NCBI GenBank assembly: GCA_964622095.1
Contig: CAZUPP010000016.1
Location: 13,553-77,552, forward strand
Source of the DNA: an uncultured Verrucomicrobiales bacterium
GTDB lineage: Bacteria > Verrucomicrobiota > Verrucomicrobiia > Verrucomicrobiales > CAZUPP01
DNA length: 64,000 nt
Direction: 5' to 3'
This document shows positions 30,507-41,213 of this stretch, piece after piece. Under the pieces are notes generated by a model. The model saw only the letters and a program-made list of their open reading frames with translations, searched no databases and had not been told where the DNA came from. Numbering within the stretch: position 1 is the stretch's first letter; each line of letters begins with the position of its first letter. The position numbers were made by a program, and so were the translations under genes.

Positions 30507-30829
30507 AGACGCCTCAATCACCCTCATCAATATCAGATAACGGGAAAGAACGCTCACCCGAAGCCCTGCTCTTTGCCCAAGCCCGAGAACTGCGGCCAGA
30601 CACCTCACGTGCCGAGTTTGCCTTTGAGACACGGCTCTGCGCCCGCTTGAGAGAACAGCGGGTCCGTGGCAGGTCAGCCTGGCTAAGATTCGCGCAGCCC
30701 GCAGTCCTTGGAGCATTCGTTCTGGTTGGGCTAGGTCAGGCCTCGCGTGCCTGGCAACTGGTGGAAGACGCCGAAATTCTTCTGACGGGGCTAACAGATG
30801 CCCTTACGGTGGGAGGGCTCTTCCTATGA
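30503..30829 (+). CDS. Putative anti-sigma factor
   Basis: ATGA overlap with sigma gene; FETRL.ARL then a TM segment. Confidence 0.65.
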   Translation: MKTPQSPSSISDNGKERSPEALLFAQARELRPDTSRAEFAFETRLCARLREQRVRGRSAWLRFAQPAVLGAFVLVGLGQASRAWQLVEDAEILLTGLTDALTVGGLFL

Positions 30830-31323
30830 ATCAGGCGGAACATCCCTCAACTGAAGCACCCCCGCGGAACCCCGGGCGCAAACGCCATCGCTGGCTCTCC
30901 GCGTTAAGCGTAGTGCTGGCGCTTTTGCTCGGCTTTATCCTGGGAGTTGCCGGCACCCTGTGGGTTGCGCTCGACCGGTTTGAGAAAGCAGTGAAGGCTG
31001 GTCCAGATCATCACACTCAGCGCATCATGGGAGTCTTCGAGCGCCGTCTGGACCTCAGTGATGCCCAAAAGGAAGACGTTCGGCCTGCCGTGAAGGAGAT
31101 CATGGACGAGCTTCAGGCGATCCGGGACGAGAACCGGCCGCGGGTGGTCCACACGGTAGGATCCGGTTTGGCGGAGATCCGGCAGGCGCTGAATGATGAC
31201 CAGCGCGAGAAGCTGGACCAGCTGATAACCCGCTGGACCCGATTCACCGCGGTTGAGGCAGATGAAATCCAGCGGGCGATCCGCCAGTCCCAGGATGGGC
31301 CCTCAGATATCAAAGAAGAGTGA
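30826..31323 (+). CDS. Membrane-anchored Spy/heavy-metal-sensor-like helical protein
   Basis: TM then LDLSDAQKE and LNDDQREK motifs; ATGA-coupled. Confidence 0.7.
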   Translation: MNQAEHPSTEAPPRNPGRKRHRWLSALSVVLALLLGFILGVAGTLWVALDRFEKAVKAGPDHHTQRIMGVFERRLDLSDAQKEDVRPAVKEIMDELQAIRDENRPRVVHTVGSGLAEIRQALNDDQREKLDQLITRWTRFTAVEADEIQRAIRQSQDGPSDIKEE

Positions 31324-31716
31324 ACTCTTATCCTGCCCCATGGTGATGATGTCCTGGATCGTACTCGAGTCCAGAATGGTGCAGACATCACGCTGAAGCT
31401 TCTTCAGGAACAGGCGGATTGGACTGTTGGCCTCGGTGTCCTCCGGAAGCTCGATAATGGGGCCGTCCATGAGACGAATGACTTCACCCACGGTGATCTG
31501 CCCGGGTTCACGGTGGAGGGTATAGCCCCCACCCACGCCCCGTTTGCTGGCCAGGATGTCCGCCTTGCGCAGGGAGAGCAGGATCTGCTCGAGAAACTTG
31601 ACCGGGATGCTTTCTCTCTCTGAAAGCTCCGTGATCCGGACTGGCCGGGTGCCATTCTGGTTGGAGATGCTGACCAGGGCCTTCAGAGCATAGAGAGATT
31701 TTTTGGAAATATGCAT
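31303..31716 (-). CDS. Rrf2-family transcriptional regulator
   Basis: YALKAL, IP.KFLEQILL.L, SKRG.GGGY.L, ITVGEVIR..DG. Confidence 0.92.
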   Translation of the reverse strand: MHISKKSLYALKALVSISNQNGTRPVRITELSERESIPVKFLEQILLSLRKADILASKRGVGGGYTLHREPGQITVGEVIRLMDGPIIELPEDTEANSPIRLFLKKLQRDVCTILDSSTIQDIITMGQDKSSLFFDI

Positions 31717-32120
31717 GGCTGGAGCGGTCGCTTGCCTCCTCACGTTGCCGGGAATCTGGCAGGGCGTCAACGCGCTGATTCTCCTAATCTCCGCGGCAAA
31801 ATGACGCTCTTTTTCAAATTTGTCACAATTTTGTCTCTCTGGTGAAAGAGAGTCAGCGTAGACTGCGGATTGGGGCATAGGCAGAATTGCCTATACCTAT
31901 ACCTGAAAGTTGGGGTGTTACCTTCTCATCGTCCCTACTTCTCCCCTCTGGAATAGCTGGTTCTCAGCTTCCTACCGTTTGATAAACATTCTTGACCTTT
32001 GCTCACCATTTCAACCAAGGTTTAGGCTTACCCGTAACCTGGGTTGAAGAAGTCTGGTTGGTCTGTTCTGACCAATGTCTTCTCCCAGGTCGATTCATGT
32101 GGTTTCCGCTCTTTTCGTGA

Positions 32121-35100
32121 ATGGATAATTCTTACATCCGCATCGCTGGCGCGCGTCAGCATAATCTAAAGAATCTCACCCTCGAGATCCCCCGCCATCA
32201 GTTTGTGGTCATCACCGGCTTGAGTGGATCCGGGAAAAGTTCGCTCGCTTTCGACACGCTTTATGCTGAGGGCCAGCGGCGCTACGTGGAGAGTCTGTCT
32301 TCCTACGCCCGGCAGTTTCTTGACCAGCTCCAGAAGCCCGAGGTGGACTTTATTGAGGGCCTTTCGCCCTCCATCGCAATCGAACAAAGAACGGCGGCGG
32401 CTAATCCACGGTCAACCATTGCGACGACGACGGAGATTTATGACTATCTGCGGCTCCTCTATGCTTCCATCGGCCAGCCCCACGACCCGGAAACCGGCGA
32501 ACCCATCACGAGGCAAACAGCTGATCAGATCGTTGACCAGATCATGACGTTACCGGTCGGGTCCCGGCTCATTGTGCTTGCACCTATTATCCGTGGCCAG
32601 ACGGGAGAGTTTCGCGATGTCATTGAAAAACTCCGGCGGCAGGGATTCGCGCGGGTGCGTGTTGACGGAGTAATTCACGATCTCGGGGAAAATGAGCGCA
32701 TTCGAATCGATCGGGCGAAGGAACATAATATCGAGGTAGTGGTGGACCGGCTGGTCCTGAAAGATGACACCAGCGAATCCCGCCGGCGACTGGCTGAATC
32801 CACGGAAATCGCACTGAAGTGGGGTGAGAATAAACTCGAATTACTTTTTCAGAAACCGGATGATGATCGAGAAGTCTGGCAATTGAGCCGTTTCTCCACG
32901 GATTTCAGCAATCCGAATACCGGATTCTCCCTGCCGCGCTTAACGCCGAAGCACTTTTCTTTCAACAGTCATCTGGGGGCCTGCCCTCATTGTCATGGTC
33001 TCGGACAGGTCCTGGTTGTCGACCCTCAACTGGTGATTGTTCATCCCAAAAAATCCCTCAAAGAAGGTGCGCTGGGCAATTGGAATAAAGGGAACAAGAA
33101 ATTACAGGCCCTTTTCGATGCGCAATTGGAGGCCCTGGCAAAGACCTATGATTTCTCCCTCGAGGAACCGTGGGACAACCTGGATGTTGACCTGCAGGAG
33201 ATGATCTTCAATGGCAGCGGGAGCGAAGAAATTGAAATCACAATCGTTCGGGATGGAGAAAAACAAACGGTGCGGCGTGCTTTTCCGGGTATCCGTCCCA
33301 TGATGGAAACGCTTTTCGAAGAGACCCAAAGTGAGGCCACGCGTAAACACATTCGCCGCTTCATGGCGGACCGCCGCTGCGGAGTCTGCAAAGGTTCCCG
33401 GCTTAAACCGGAGATTCTCGGGGTCACCCTGTCAGACACAGATGATACGCAGCTCAACGTTCAGGAGTTCTGTAACCTCACCATCGAAAAGGCCCGGCGG
33501 TTTATTGACAATCTGAAGCTGGAGAAAAAGCACCAGGTGATTTGTGGTGAGGTCATACGCGAAATTCGGCAGCGTCTCGCTTTCCTCGGAAATGTCGGCT
33601 TGGACTATTTAAACCTGGACCGCGAAAGTGGAACGCTCTCGGGCGGAGAAAGTCAGCGTATCCGTCTGGCCACTCAGATTGGCTCCGGGCTGGCTGGCGT
33701 GTTGTATGTGCTGGATGAGCCGAGCATCGGCCTGCATAAACGCGATAATGATCAGCTAATTGAGACCATGAAACGGCTGCGTGACCTCGGCAACACCGTC
33801 ATCGTTGTCGAGCATGATGAAGAAACGATCCGCGCGGCAGATCATGTGATCGATATGGGCCCTGGAGCTGGTCCGCATGGAGGGCGCATCGTGGCGCAGG
33901 GCGCGGTCGATGAAATTATTGCGGATTCCAATTCGCTCACCGGCCAGTATTTATCCGGCAAACTCAATATTCCAGTCCCGAAAAAGCGGCGCCGCCCAAT
34001 GCCACCAACGAACTATGAACGGAACTGGCTGACGGTGGTTGGCGCCCGTGAGAATAACCTGAAAAACATTGAGGTCTCCTTTCCTCTGGGCTGTTTCACC
34101 TGCGTCAGTGGGATTTCCGGCAGCGGCAAATCCACCCTCGTGAATGATATTCTCTATCGGGCCCTTGCGCGCTATTTTTACCGGGCCAAAGATAAGCCGG
34201 GTGATCACGACGAAATCCTTGGCATTAATGAGATCGATAAAGTCATCGTGATTGATCAGACGCCAATCGGCCGGTCGCCCCGTTCGAATCCGGCGACTTA
34301 TACCGGCGCCTTTGCCCCGGTGCGTGATCTTTTCGCCGGCCTTCCCCTGAGCCGGGTGCGAGGCTATGGACCGGGCAGGTTCAGCTTCAATGTCCGCGGT
34401 GGCCGGTGTGAGTCCTGTCAGGGTGAAGGTATGATCAAGATCGACATGCAATTTCTGGCGGACGTTTTTGTGACCTGTGAGGTGTGCCGTGGTGCGCGTT
34501 ACAATCGGGAAACGCTCGAGGTGACCTTCAAAGGAAAAAATATCGCAGATGTTCTCGATATGACGATTGATGAGGCCTTCACCTTTTTCCGCAGTGTTCC
34601 GCAGGTCGCGGAAAAACTGGAGGCGCTGCTGCAGGTGGGACTCGGTTACCTGCGGCTCGGTCAGGCGGCCAACACCCTATCCGGCGGTGAAGCGCAACGG
34701 GTGAAAATCGCGGCTGAACTGGCGCGCAGCTCAACCGGACGCACCGTCTATATTCTGGATGAACCCACCACCGGTTTGCATTTCGCCGATATCCATAAAT
34801 TGCTTGAAACGCTCATGAAACTCCGCACTGCGGGCAATACTCTCATCGTGATTGAGCACAATATGGAAATGATTAAATGCGCGGATTGGGTCATCGATAT
34901 GGGACCGGATGGTGGCGAGCGAGGTGGCGAGGTCGTGGCCATGGGCAACCCGGAGGCGGTTGCACAGAATGATCAAAGCACCACCGGTAAATATCTGCGC
35001 AGCCTGCTTCAGATTGACGAACCTTCACCTGCCTCTGCGGAAACCAAATCCAGCTCGGCCAAGACAAAAAAATCGGCGGCTCCGGCCAAGCTGAAAAAAG

Positions 35101-35138
35101 AGTCCGCGGCTTCTTCAAAAATGAAGGCCGCTCGCTGA
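32121..35138 (+). CDS. uvrA: Excinuclease ABC subunit A
   Basis: GLSGSGKSS, LSGGESQRIRLA, GISGSGKST, zinc fingers, LSGGEAQR. Confidence 0.98.
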   Translation: MDNSYIRIAGARQHNLKNLTLEIPRHQFVVITGLSGSGKSSLAFDTLYAEGQRRYVESLSSYARQFLDQLQKPEVDFIEGLSPSIAIEQRTAAANPRSTIATTTEIYDYLRLLYASIGQPHDPETGEPITRQTADQIVDQIMTLPVGSRLIVLAPIIRGQTGEFRDVIEKLRRQGFARVRVDGVIHDLGENERIRIDRAKEHNIEVVVDRLVLKDDTSESRRRLAESTEIALKWGENKLELLFQKPDDDREVWQLSRFSTDFSNPNTGFSLPRLTPKHFSFNSHLGACPHCHGLGQVLVVDPQLVIVHPKKSLKEGALGNWNKGNKKLQALFDAQLEALAKTYDFSLEEPWDNLDVDLQEMIFNGSGSEEIEITIVRDGEKQTVRRAFPGIRPMMETLFEETQSEATRKHIRRFMADRRCGVCKGSRLKPEILGVTLSDTDDTQLNVQEFCNLTIEKARRFIDNLKLEKKHQVICGEVIREIRQRLAFLGNVGLDYLNLDRESGTLSGGESQRIRLATQIGSGLAGVLYVLDEPSIGLHKRDNDQLIETMKRLRDLGNTVIVVEHDEETIRAADHVIDMGPGAGPHGGRIVAQGAVDEIIADSNSLTGQYLSGKLNIPVPKKRRRPMPPTNYERNWLTVVGARENNLKNIEVSFPLGCFTCVSGISGSGKSTLVNDILYRALARYFYRAKDKPGDHDEILGINEIDKVIVIDQTPIGRSPRSNPATYTGAFAPVRDLFAGLPLSRVRGYGPGRFSFNVRGGRCESCQGEGMIKIDMQFLADVFVTCEVCRGARYNRETLEVTFKGKNIADVLDMTIDEAFTFFRSVPQVAEKLEALLQVGLGYLRLGQAANTLSGGEAQRVKIAAELARSSTGRTVYILDEPTTGLHFADIHKLLETLMKLRTAGNTLIVIEHNMEMIKCADWVIDMGPDGGERGGEVVAMGNPEAVAQNDQSTTGKYLRSLLQIDEPSPASAETKSSSAKTKKSAAPAKLKKESAASSKMKAAR

Positions 35139-35144
35139 TCGCCT

Positions 35145-36209
35145 TTAACCGGCCGCGGCGGTCTTGCCGTTTTCCGTTTTCTCTGCCATCGCAGCGACAA
35201 TCGTCTGGATCAGCGTTTCCTTTTTGTATGGCTTGGGCAGAAAAGCGCGCAGCCCCTTCTTCAGGAGCCGGGAAATCACTTCCTGCTCAAAAATCCCGGA
35301 GCTGAGGACGACCTTGGCGTCCTTACGGATCTCTGTGAGCTCGTAATAGACGTCTTCCCCATTCATGACAGGCATGGAGTAGTCCAGGACGACCAGGTCG
35401 ATGTAGTTGCCCACGGTCTCGTAGATGTGGAGTGCTTCAAAAACCTCTTCACAGACAATGATGGCAAATCCTTCGGAGGCGAGCATGCGGCTGGCGATAT
35501 AGAGCAGATGTTCCTCGTCATCCACGAGCAAAATCAATCCACGATTTCCTTCCCGATTGATGATCTCCAGATTCTCCAGGTCTGGATATTCGCGAACGGG
35601 TTGCGGACTTGAGGGGGGGCTGAATTGAGGCTCATCATCCTGATATGCCAGCGCAGTCGTCCCTGTGGTCGGCGAAGGGGGTTCACCAATGCGCGGTGAG
35701 CGCGGCGGCGGTGGCATGCTGGAGGGCATCTGAGGCAACGGAGTAAACTGCCGCGGAGGGGTAATGCTGGACTTCTTCGTAGAAAAGCTGGGCGGTAAAG
35801 GCAGGGCGTCCGTCTGTTTCTTGACGTGGTCCACATCCAACACCGCCGGAGTTTCAGCAGGCCTCAAGGGTTTGGTCAGGCTTTCGCTGAGTGATTGCTT
35901 CAGGGTCCCTCCTTCGCCTTCATGCAGGACGGAAGGAATGGGAGGCGGCTGATCATAAATGTACTGCATCAATTCTGAGGCCACTTCATTCGCCCGGCCC
36001 ACCAGTTCCTTAACGGGCCCGTAGTAAGTCGTGTCTTCATTTTTCTGCCGCGCGGTCGTCTCCATGAAACTGATGTATCCATGCAGCCCAACCAGAAGAT
36101 TGTTCAGGCTGTTCAGACATTCTTTCATGGATTCTGCCTCCACAGAGTGGAAGGCATGCACTTCGGCATCCCGGCGGCGACCGGAATGTTCTTGAGAAGA
36201 ATGCGCCAT
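35145..36209 (-). CDS. Receiver-domain protein with degenerate HisKA-like N-terminus and Pro-rich linker
   Basis: C-terminal ILLVDDE...LVVLDYSMP.MNG...SSG...FLPKPY; N-terminal NSLNNLLVGLHGY. Confidence 0.8.
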   Translation of the reverse strand: MAHSSQEHSGRRRDAEVHAFHSVEAESMKECLNSLNNLLVGLHGYISFMETTARQKNEDTTYYGPVKELVGRANEVASELMQYIYDQPPPIPSVLHEGEGGTLKQSLSESLTKPLRPAETPAVLDVDHVKKQTDALPLPPSFSTKKSSITPPRQFTPLPQMPSSMPPPPRSPRIGEPPSPTTGTTALAYQDDEPQFSPPSSPQPVREYPDLENLEIINREGNRGLILLVDDEEHLLYIASRMLASEGFAIIVCEEVFEALHIYETVGNYIDLVVLDYSMPVMNGEDVYYELTEIRKDAKVVLSSGIFEQEVISRLLKKGLRAFLPKPYKKETLIQTIVAAMAEKTENGKTAAAG

Positions 36210-36419
36210 AGGAAAAACAGGCGGTGTCAGAGGGTAATGAATGGCTCCGCGATGATCCATCCAGAGTAAGCAACCAGCCTGCCAACGCTTGTCAAATGGA
36301 GCTCTGCGGCACTCAGGCTATAGTTTGTCCGCTGGGCTGCGGGAACTATAGTCGTTATGAAAATGTGTCTTATTCCTATCGCGATTTCCTGCAGGCTGTT
36401 TTCTTTCGCAGGAAAAAAA

Positions 36420-39413
36420 TCAGGCGCTTACCGGTTCAGCCGTCTCTTCCAGCGGCGGGCAAGTGCAGAACAGATTTCTGTCTCCATAGACATTATCAAT
36501 CCGTCCGATAGGCGGCCAGTATTTGTCATTTGCGATCCATTCCAGTGGATAGGCGGCCAAGTCACGGCTGTATCCGGCCGAGCTCTCCCAGTCTTCCCGC
36601 ATCAGATCCTGAGCGGTATGGGGAGCGTTCCTGAGGGGGTTGCTCTCCTGACTCCATTCGCCCTCCCGAATGCGTACGATCTCCTTGTGAATCGAGATCA
36701 TCGCCTCACAGAAGCGGTCCAGCTCCGCTTTGGTTTCACTTTCGGTCGGCTCGATCATCATCGTCCCGGTGACTGGCCATGACATTGTCGGGGCGTGGAA
36801 ACCATAATCCATGAGCCGTTTGGCGATATCTTCCACGCGCACGCCGGTTCCATCTTCAAAGATGCGCGTGTCCAGGATGCACTCGTGAGCCACGAGGTTG
36901 TCATTGCCCCGGTAGAGAACTGGATACCGGTCCTCCAGCCGCTTCGCGATGTAGTTGGCGTTGAGAATCGCCAGTTCAGTTGCCTTCTTCAGCCCATCTG
37001 GCCCCATCATGGCGATATACATCCAGGAAATCGTCAGGATGCTGGCACTGCCCCATGGAGCCGCTGCGATGGCGTCCTCGGATTTTCCGTTGCCGGGCGC
37101 AATGATCGGGTGACCGGGTAGAAAATCCGCCAAGTGTGCAGCCACCGCAATGGGGCCCACTCCCGGGCCACCGCCCCCGTGAGGAATGCAGAAGGTTTTG
37201 TGCAGGTTAAGATGACAGACGTCTGCGCCGATAAGCTTCGGAGTCGTCAGGCCGAGCTGAGCGTTCATGTTCGCGCCGTCCATGTAGACTTGTCCGCCGA
37301 ACTCATGCACGAGGGCGCAAGCCTGAGTAATCTTCGCTTCAAAAACGCCGTGGGTGCTGGGGTAGGTGATCATGAGGGCGCCCAGGCGCTCTGCATATTT
37401 TTCACTTTTGGCACGCAGATCCGCCAAATCCACGTCTCCCCTCTCATCACACTTTACGGTGACCACTTCGTAGCCCGCCATTACCGCGCTGGCCGGGTTC
37501 GTGCCATGCGCGCTCGTTGGGATGAGGCATACCTTCCGATGAGGTTCCCCGTTTGCTTCATGGAAGCGGCGAATGGCCAGAAGACCGGCGAACTCGCCCT
37601 GTGAACCGGCGTTGGGTTGAAGCGAGACGGCGGCAAATCCCGTGCAAGTGGCCAGCCAGTCTTCCAGTTCCAGGATAAGCTGCTGGTAACCCTGAGTCTG
37701 ATCAAGCGGTGCCAGCGGATGGAGATTGTTCACTTCCGGCCAGGACAACGCCCGCATCTCAGCCGTTGCATTGAGCTTCATCGTGCACGAACCGAGCGCG
37801 ATCATTGAGCTAGTCAAGGACAGGTCTTTCTTCTCCAGGGATCGGATGTAGCGCAGCAGTTCCGTCTCAGAGTGATGCTTATTGAAGACCGGATGCTGCA
37901 GAAACGGTGAAGCCCTGACAAGTTCGCCGGGCAAACTGGAAGAAAGAGAGATGCTCTCATGCTCTGAGGCCAACTTGGAAAGATCAATCGTCTCGCCCGT
38001 TTCAAAAATGTTCAGCAGTGTAGCCAGCTCCTCCGCGGTCGTTGCTTCGTCCACCGTGATACCGACCCGGCCGTCCGCGTGGTATCGCAGATTCACCCTG
38101 GCGGCGAGCGCGCGTTCCCGGATCTCGTCTGCGCTCAGGCCGTGAGGCTGAATGGTCAGGGTATCGAAGAACCGGTCATGAACCAATTCATGCCCCATCC
38201 TTCTCAGTCCCGCGGCCAACAGAGAGGTCATGCCATGGACCCGCTCCGCGATTTTCCGTAGCCCTGACGGTCCGTGATAAACCGCGTACATCGAACTCAT
38301 GACCGCGAGGAGGACCTGGGCGGTACAGATGTTACTCGTGGCTTTCTCACGGCGGATGTGTTGCTCCCGGGTCTGCAGAGCGAGACGATACCCGAGCCGG
38401 CCTGCCGGATCTTTAGAAACACCGATCAGTCTGCCGGGCATTTTACGCTTCAGCGGATCGCTTACCGCAATATAGGCAGCGTGCGGTCCTCCATAGCCCA
38501 GAGGAACGCCAAAGCGCTGGCAGTTGCCCACCGCAATATCCGCCCCGAGTTCACCGGGGGATTTGAGCAGGCAAAGCGCCAGCAGATCAGCTGCGACCAT
38601 GCCCAGTCCTCCGGCTTTCTTCGCGGCTGACAGCACCGCACGGGGATCCGCGACCGCTCCGTGCGTATCCGGATACTGGACGAGCACTCCGAGTGTCGCC
38701 TCCGGATCAAAGCTGAAGTCCTCAGCCTTGCCGATAATCACCTCCGTGCCGACCAGACCGGCCCGGGTCTGGATGACCGCGATGGTCTGAGGATGGACAT
38801 TCTCATCCACATAAAACTTCGAGCCTTTCCCATCCCGCCTGGCCGCGGCACAGATCGCCATCGCCTCCGCGGCCGCAGTGGCTTCGTCCAGGAGAGATGC
38901 GTTTGAGACATCGAGACCCGTCAGATCCGTGACCAGAGTCTGGAAGTTCAGGAGAGCTTCCATTCGCCCCTGCGAGATCTCAGCCTGATACGGAGTGTAA
39001 GCGGTATACCAGCCCGGATTCTCCAGGATGTTCCGGCTGATCACTTCAGGCACCAGACAGTTGGCATAGCCCATGCCGATGAATGACCGGTAGACCCTGT
39101 TCCGGCTCATCATAGCTCTCAGCCGGTTGAGGGCTTCGGTTTCGGACAGGGCTTCCGGCAGGGCCAGCGGTTCACGCAGGCGAATATCCTCCGGCACGGT
39201 GCGATTGATCATCTCTTCAATCGAGCTGCAGCCAATTTCCTGCAACATGGCCAGGGTCTCTTCCTCATCCGGACCCAGATGCCTCGCGGCAAAACGGTCA
39301 TGCAGGCGGAGCCATTCCGGCAGGGCGGCTTGCGGGGCCGGCTCTTCCCGTTGGTGGCTTGAAGTCGAAGGTGGGATGATCCCGGTGGATACGGGGTGTG
39401 ATATTGAAGACAT
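36420..39413 (-). CDS. gcvP: Glycine dehydrogenase (decarboxylating), P protein
   Basis: [50 protein letters not shown]. Confidence 0.98.
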   Translation of the reverse strand: MSSISHPVSTGIIPPSTSSHQREEPAPQAALPEWLRLHDRFAARHLGPDEEETLAMLQEIGCSSIEEMINRTVPEDIRLREPLALPEALSETEALNRLRAMMSRNRVYRSFIGMGYANCLVPEVISRNILENPGWYTAYTPYQAEISQGRMEALLNFQTLVTDLTGLDVSNASLLDEATAAAEAMAICAAARRDGKGSKFYVDENVHPQTIAVIQTRAGLVGTEVIIGKAEDFSFDPEATLGVLVQYPDTHGAVADPRAVLSAAKKAGGLGMVAADLLALCLLKSPGELGADIAVGNCQRFGVPLGYGGPHAAYIAVSDPLKRKMPGRLIGVSKDPAGRLGYRLALQTREQHIRREKATSNICTAQVLLAVMSSMYAVYHGPSGLRKIAERVHGMTSLLAAGLRRMGHELVHDRFFDTLTIQPHGLSADEIRERALAARVNLRYHADGRVGITVDEATTAEELATLLNIFETGETIDLSKLASEHESISLSSSLPGELVRASPFLQHPVFNKHHSETELLRYIRSLEKKDLSLTSSMIALGSCTMKLNATAEMRALSWPEVNNLHPLAPLDQTQGYQQLILELEDWLATCTGFAAVSLQPNAGSQGEFAGLLAIRRFHEANGEPHRKVCLIPTSAHGTNPASAVMAGYEVVTVKCDERGDVDLADLRAKSEKYAERLGALMITYPSTHGVFEAKITQACALVHEFGGQVYMDGANMNAQLGLTTPKLIGADVCHLNLHKTFCIPHGGGGPGVGPIAVAAHLADFLPGHPIIAPGNGKSEDAIAAAPWGSASILTISWMYIAMMGPDGLKKATELAILNANYIAKRLEDRYPVLYRGNDNLVAHECILDTRIFEDGTGVRVEDIAKRLMDYGFHAPTMSWPVTGTMMIEPTESETKAELDRFCEAMISIHKEIVRIREGEWSQESNPLRNAPHTAQDLMREDWESSAGYSRDLAAYPLEWIANDKYWPPIGRIDNVYGDRNLFCTCPPLEETAEPVSA

Positions 39414-39540
39414 AGCGAATGTCCGTTTGGGCTCTTGGGCGTGTCCGAGAGCGATTCAGCTTCGAATCGTTCGGTTCAGGCTGCTTCGGAAAGCGGGAAC
39501 CTGCCACGGAGAAACGGCGGACGCCTGCCTTCCCGAGCCC

Positions 39541-39927
39541 CTATTTGATCTGTTCCTTGTAGCTGGCTGCGTCGAGCAGGGTCTCAAGTTCCTCACTCTC
39601 CGCGCCATCAGTCATTTTGAGTTTGAAAATCCAACCGTCCTGGTAAGGGCTCGTATTGATCGCACCCGGATCTTCTTCCAGGTCTTCGTTGATCTCGATC
39701 ACCTCCCCCGTGACGGGCGCATACACGTCGCTGGCCGCCTTGTGAGACTCCACTACCGCGGCGGTCTCCCCGGCCTCCAGGGTTTTTCCCATGGAAGGCA
39801 ATTCGACGAAAACGATGTCGGTCAGCTCGTCCTGAGCATGATCCGTGATGCCCACCGTTACTATATCTTTTTCGATTCGAACCCACTCATGGGTTTCGGT
39901 ATACTTCAGTTCTTCCGGGATATTCAT
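39541..39927 (-). CDS. gcvH: Glycine cleavage system H protein
   Basis: YTETHEW, GITDHAQ, VESHKAASD lipoyl site. Confidence 0.97.
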   Translation of the reverse strand: MNIPEELKYTETHEWVRIEKDIVTVGITDHAQDELTDIVFVELPSMGKTLEAGETAAVVESHKAASDVYAPVTGEVIEINEDLEEDPGAINTSPYQDGWIFKLKMTDGAESEELETLLDAASYKEQIK

Positions 39928-39969
39928 GGAGCGCGAAGGTTACTAAGGGCAGATAGCAAAGGTTTCGGT

Positions 39970-41127
39970 TTACAGGGAAGCTGCAAGGCTGGGTGACCGG
40001 TAGAAGGGGCGCTTGACTACCTGCGCTTCATACCGGCGTCCGCGGATGTCCACCTCCAGGGAGGTGCCGATCTCCGCCATTTCAGGTGGCAGATAGGCCA
40101 AGCCAATTCCCACGGACAGGGAGGGAGAAAGCCCCCCACTTGTCAATTCACTCACCTGCTTTCCGTCCACAAAAATTCCATAGTGCGCCCGGGGTGGCGG
40201 CGTTTTTCCATTCAATTGGATACAAACCAGCCGTCGCGGAACACCATTTTCGTGCTGACTCCGTAAGACGGCTTTCCCGGGAAAGTCTTCAGGTTTTTCC
40301 AACTTAACGAAGAAACGCAGGCCAGCCTCCAGCGGGGTCGTCTCTGCGTTGAGATCACTTCCATTCAAGGGCAGTCCCGCCTCGAGACGCAGCGAGTCCC
40401 GGGCGCCCAGACCGCACCGCGCCAAGTCTTGGGCCGTCTTCTCCGCCGCCAGTTGCAGGCCGGTCCAGAACGCTTCCGCCAGTTCGACTGGACCGAAAAA
40501 CTCGAGCCCTGGCTCGCCGGTATAGCCGGTGCCTGCGATGATGAGATCACGCCCCTGCCAGGGCAAGACAGCGATGCCCCCACGTTCCGGGAGGCGATCC
40601 ACCCCGTCCGGAAAAGCTGCCGCGGCGATGGCCACAGCGTTCGGGCCCTGTAGCGCGATACCAAAGAATTCTGCGCTGCGATCACTGAACTCCACCTCTT
40701 CGCCGGACAGGTGAGCTTCCATCCAGGCGCGGTCCTCTTCGGTCCTGGCGGCATTGACCACCATGAGAAATTCGTCGGGCGCCAGCCGATACAGGATCAG
40801 GTCATCAATCACCCCGCCCTGTTCATTGAGCAGGAGGGTATATTGGCTTTCCCCAGGGTCCAGTTTCGAGGCGTCATTGGTCAGGAGGCCGTTCAGCCAG
40901 CGCTCTGCGGCCGGTCCGCGCACGAAGAACTCACCCATGTGGGAGATATCGAAAATACCGGCTCCAGCCCGGACCGCGCGGTGCTCCGCCGCGATTCCTT
41001 CATATTGAACCGGCATTTCCCAGCCGCCAAAGTCGACAAAGCGTGCGCCCGCTTCGGCATGGAGACGGTGCAGGGGAGAGCGTCTCCCCGCTGCTGCGTC
41101 CTGGACTGTCGTTTCTTCGGAAGCCAC
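39970..41127 (-). CDS. gcvT: Glycine cleavage system aminomethyltransferase T
   Basis: FGGWEMPVQY, FDISHMGE, TGYTGE, GLGARDSLRLEAG; probable GTG start at 41127. Confidence 0.96.
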   Translation of the reverse strand: MASEETTVQDAAAGRRSPLHRLHAEAGARFVDFGGWEMPVQYEGIAAEHRAVRAGAGIFDISHMGEFFVRGPAAERWLNGLLTNDASKLDPGESQYTLLLNEQGGVIDDLILYRLAPDEFLMVVNAARTEEDRAWMEAHLSGEEVEFSDRSAEFFGIALQGPNAVAIAAAAFPDGVDRLPERGGIAVLPWQGRDLIIAGTGYTGEPGLEFFGPVELAEAFWTGLQLAAEKTAQDLARCGLGARDSLRLEAGLPLNGSDLNAETTPLEAGLRFFVKLEKPEDFPGKAVLRSQHENGVPRRLVCIQLNGKTPPPRAHYGIFVDGKQVSELTSGGLSPSLSVGIGLAYLPPEMAEIGTSLEVDIRGRRYEAQVVKRPFYRSPSLAASL

Positions 41128-41213
41128 GTGAGGCAGCACCCTTACGCAAAGATCACCACTTGCAAGCAGTTCCTCATGGCGTGTCTGGTGCCGGGAAGTA
41201 AGTTGCACCGCCC

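Noticed and set aside
32060-32080. LexA box upstream of uvrA
   Set aside because: Only a TGTTC half-site; no full TGTTC-N4-GAACA palindrome
41128-41213. Glycine riboswitch upstream of gcvT
   Set aside because: Intergenic space is only ~85 bp and no aptamer consensus is visible
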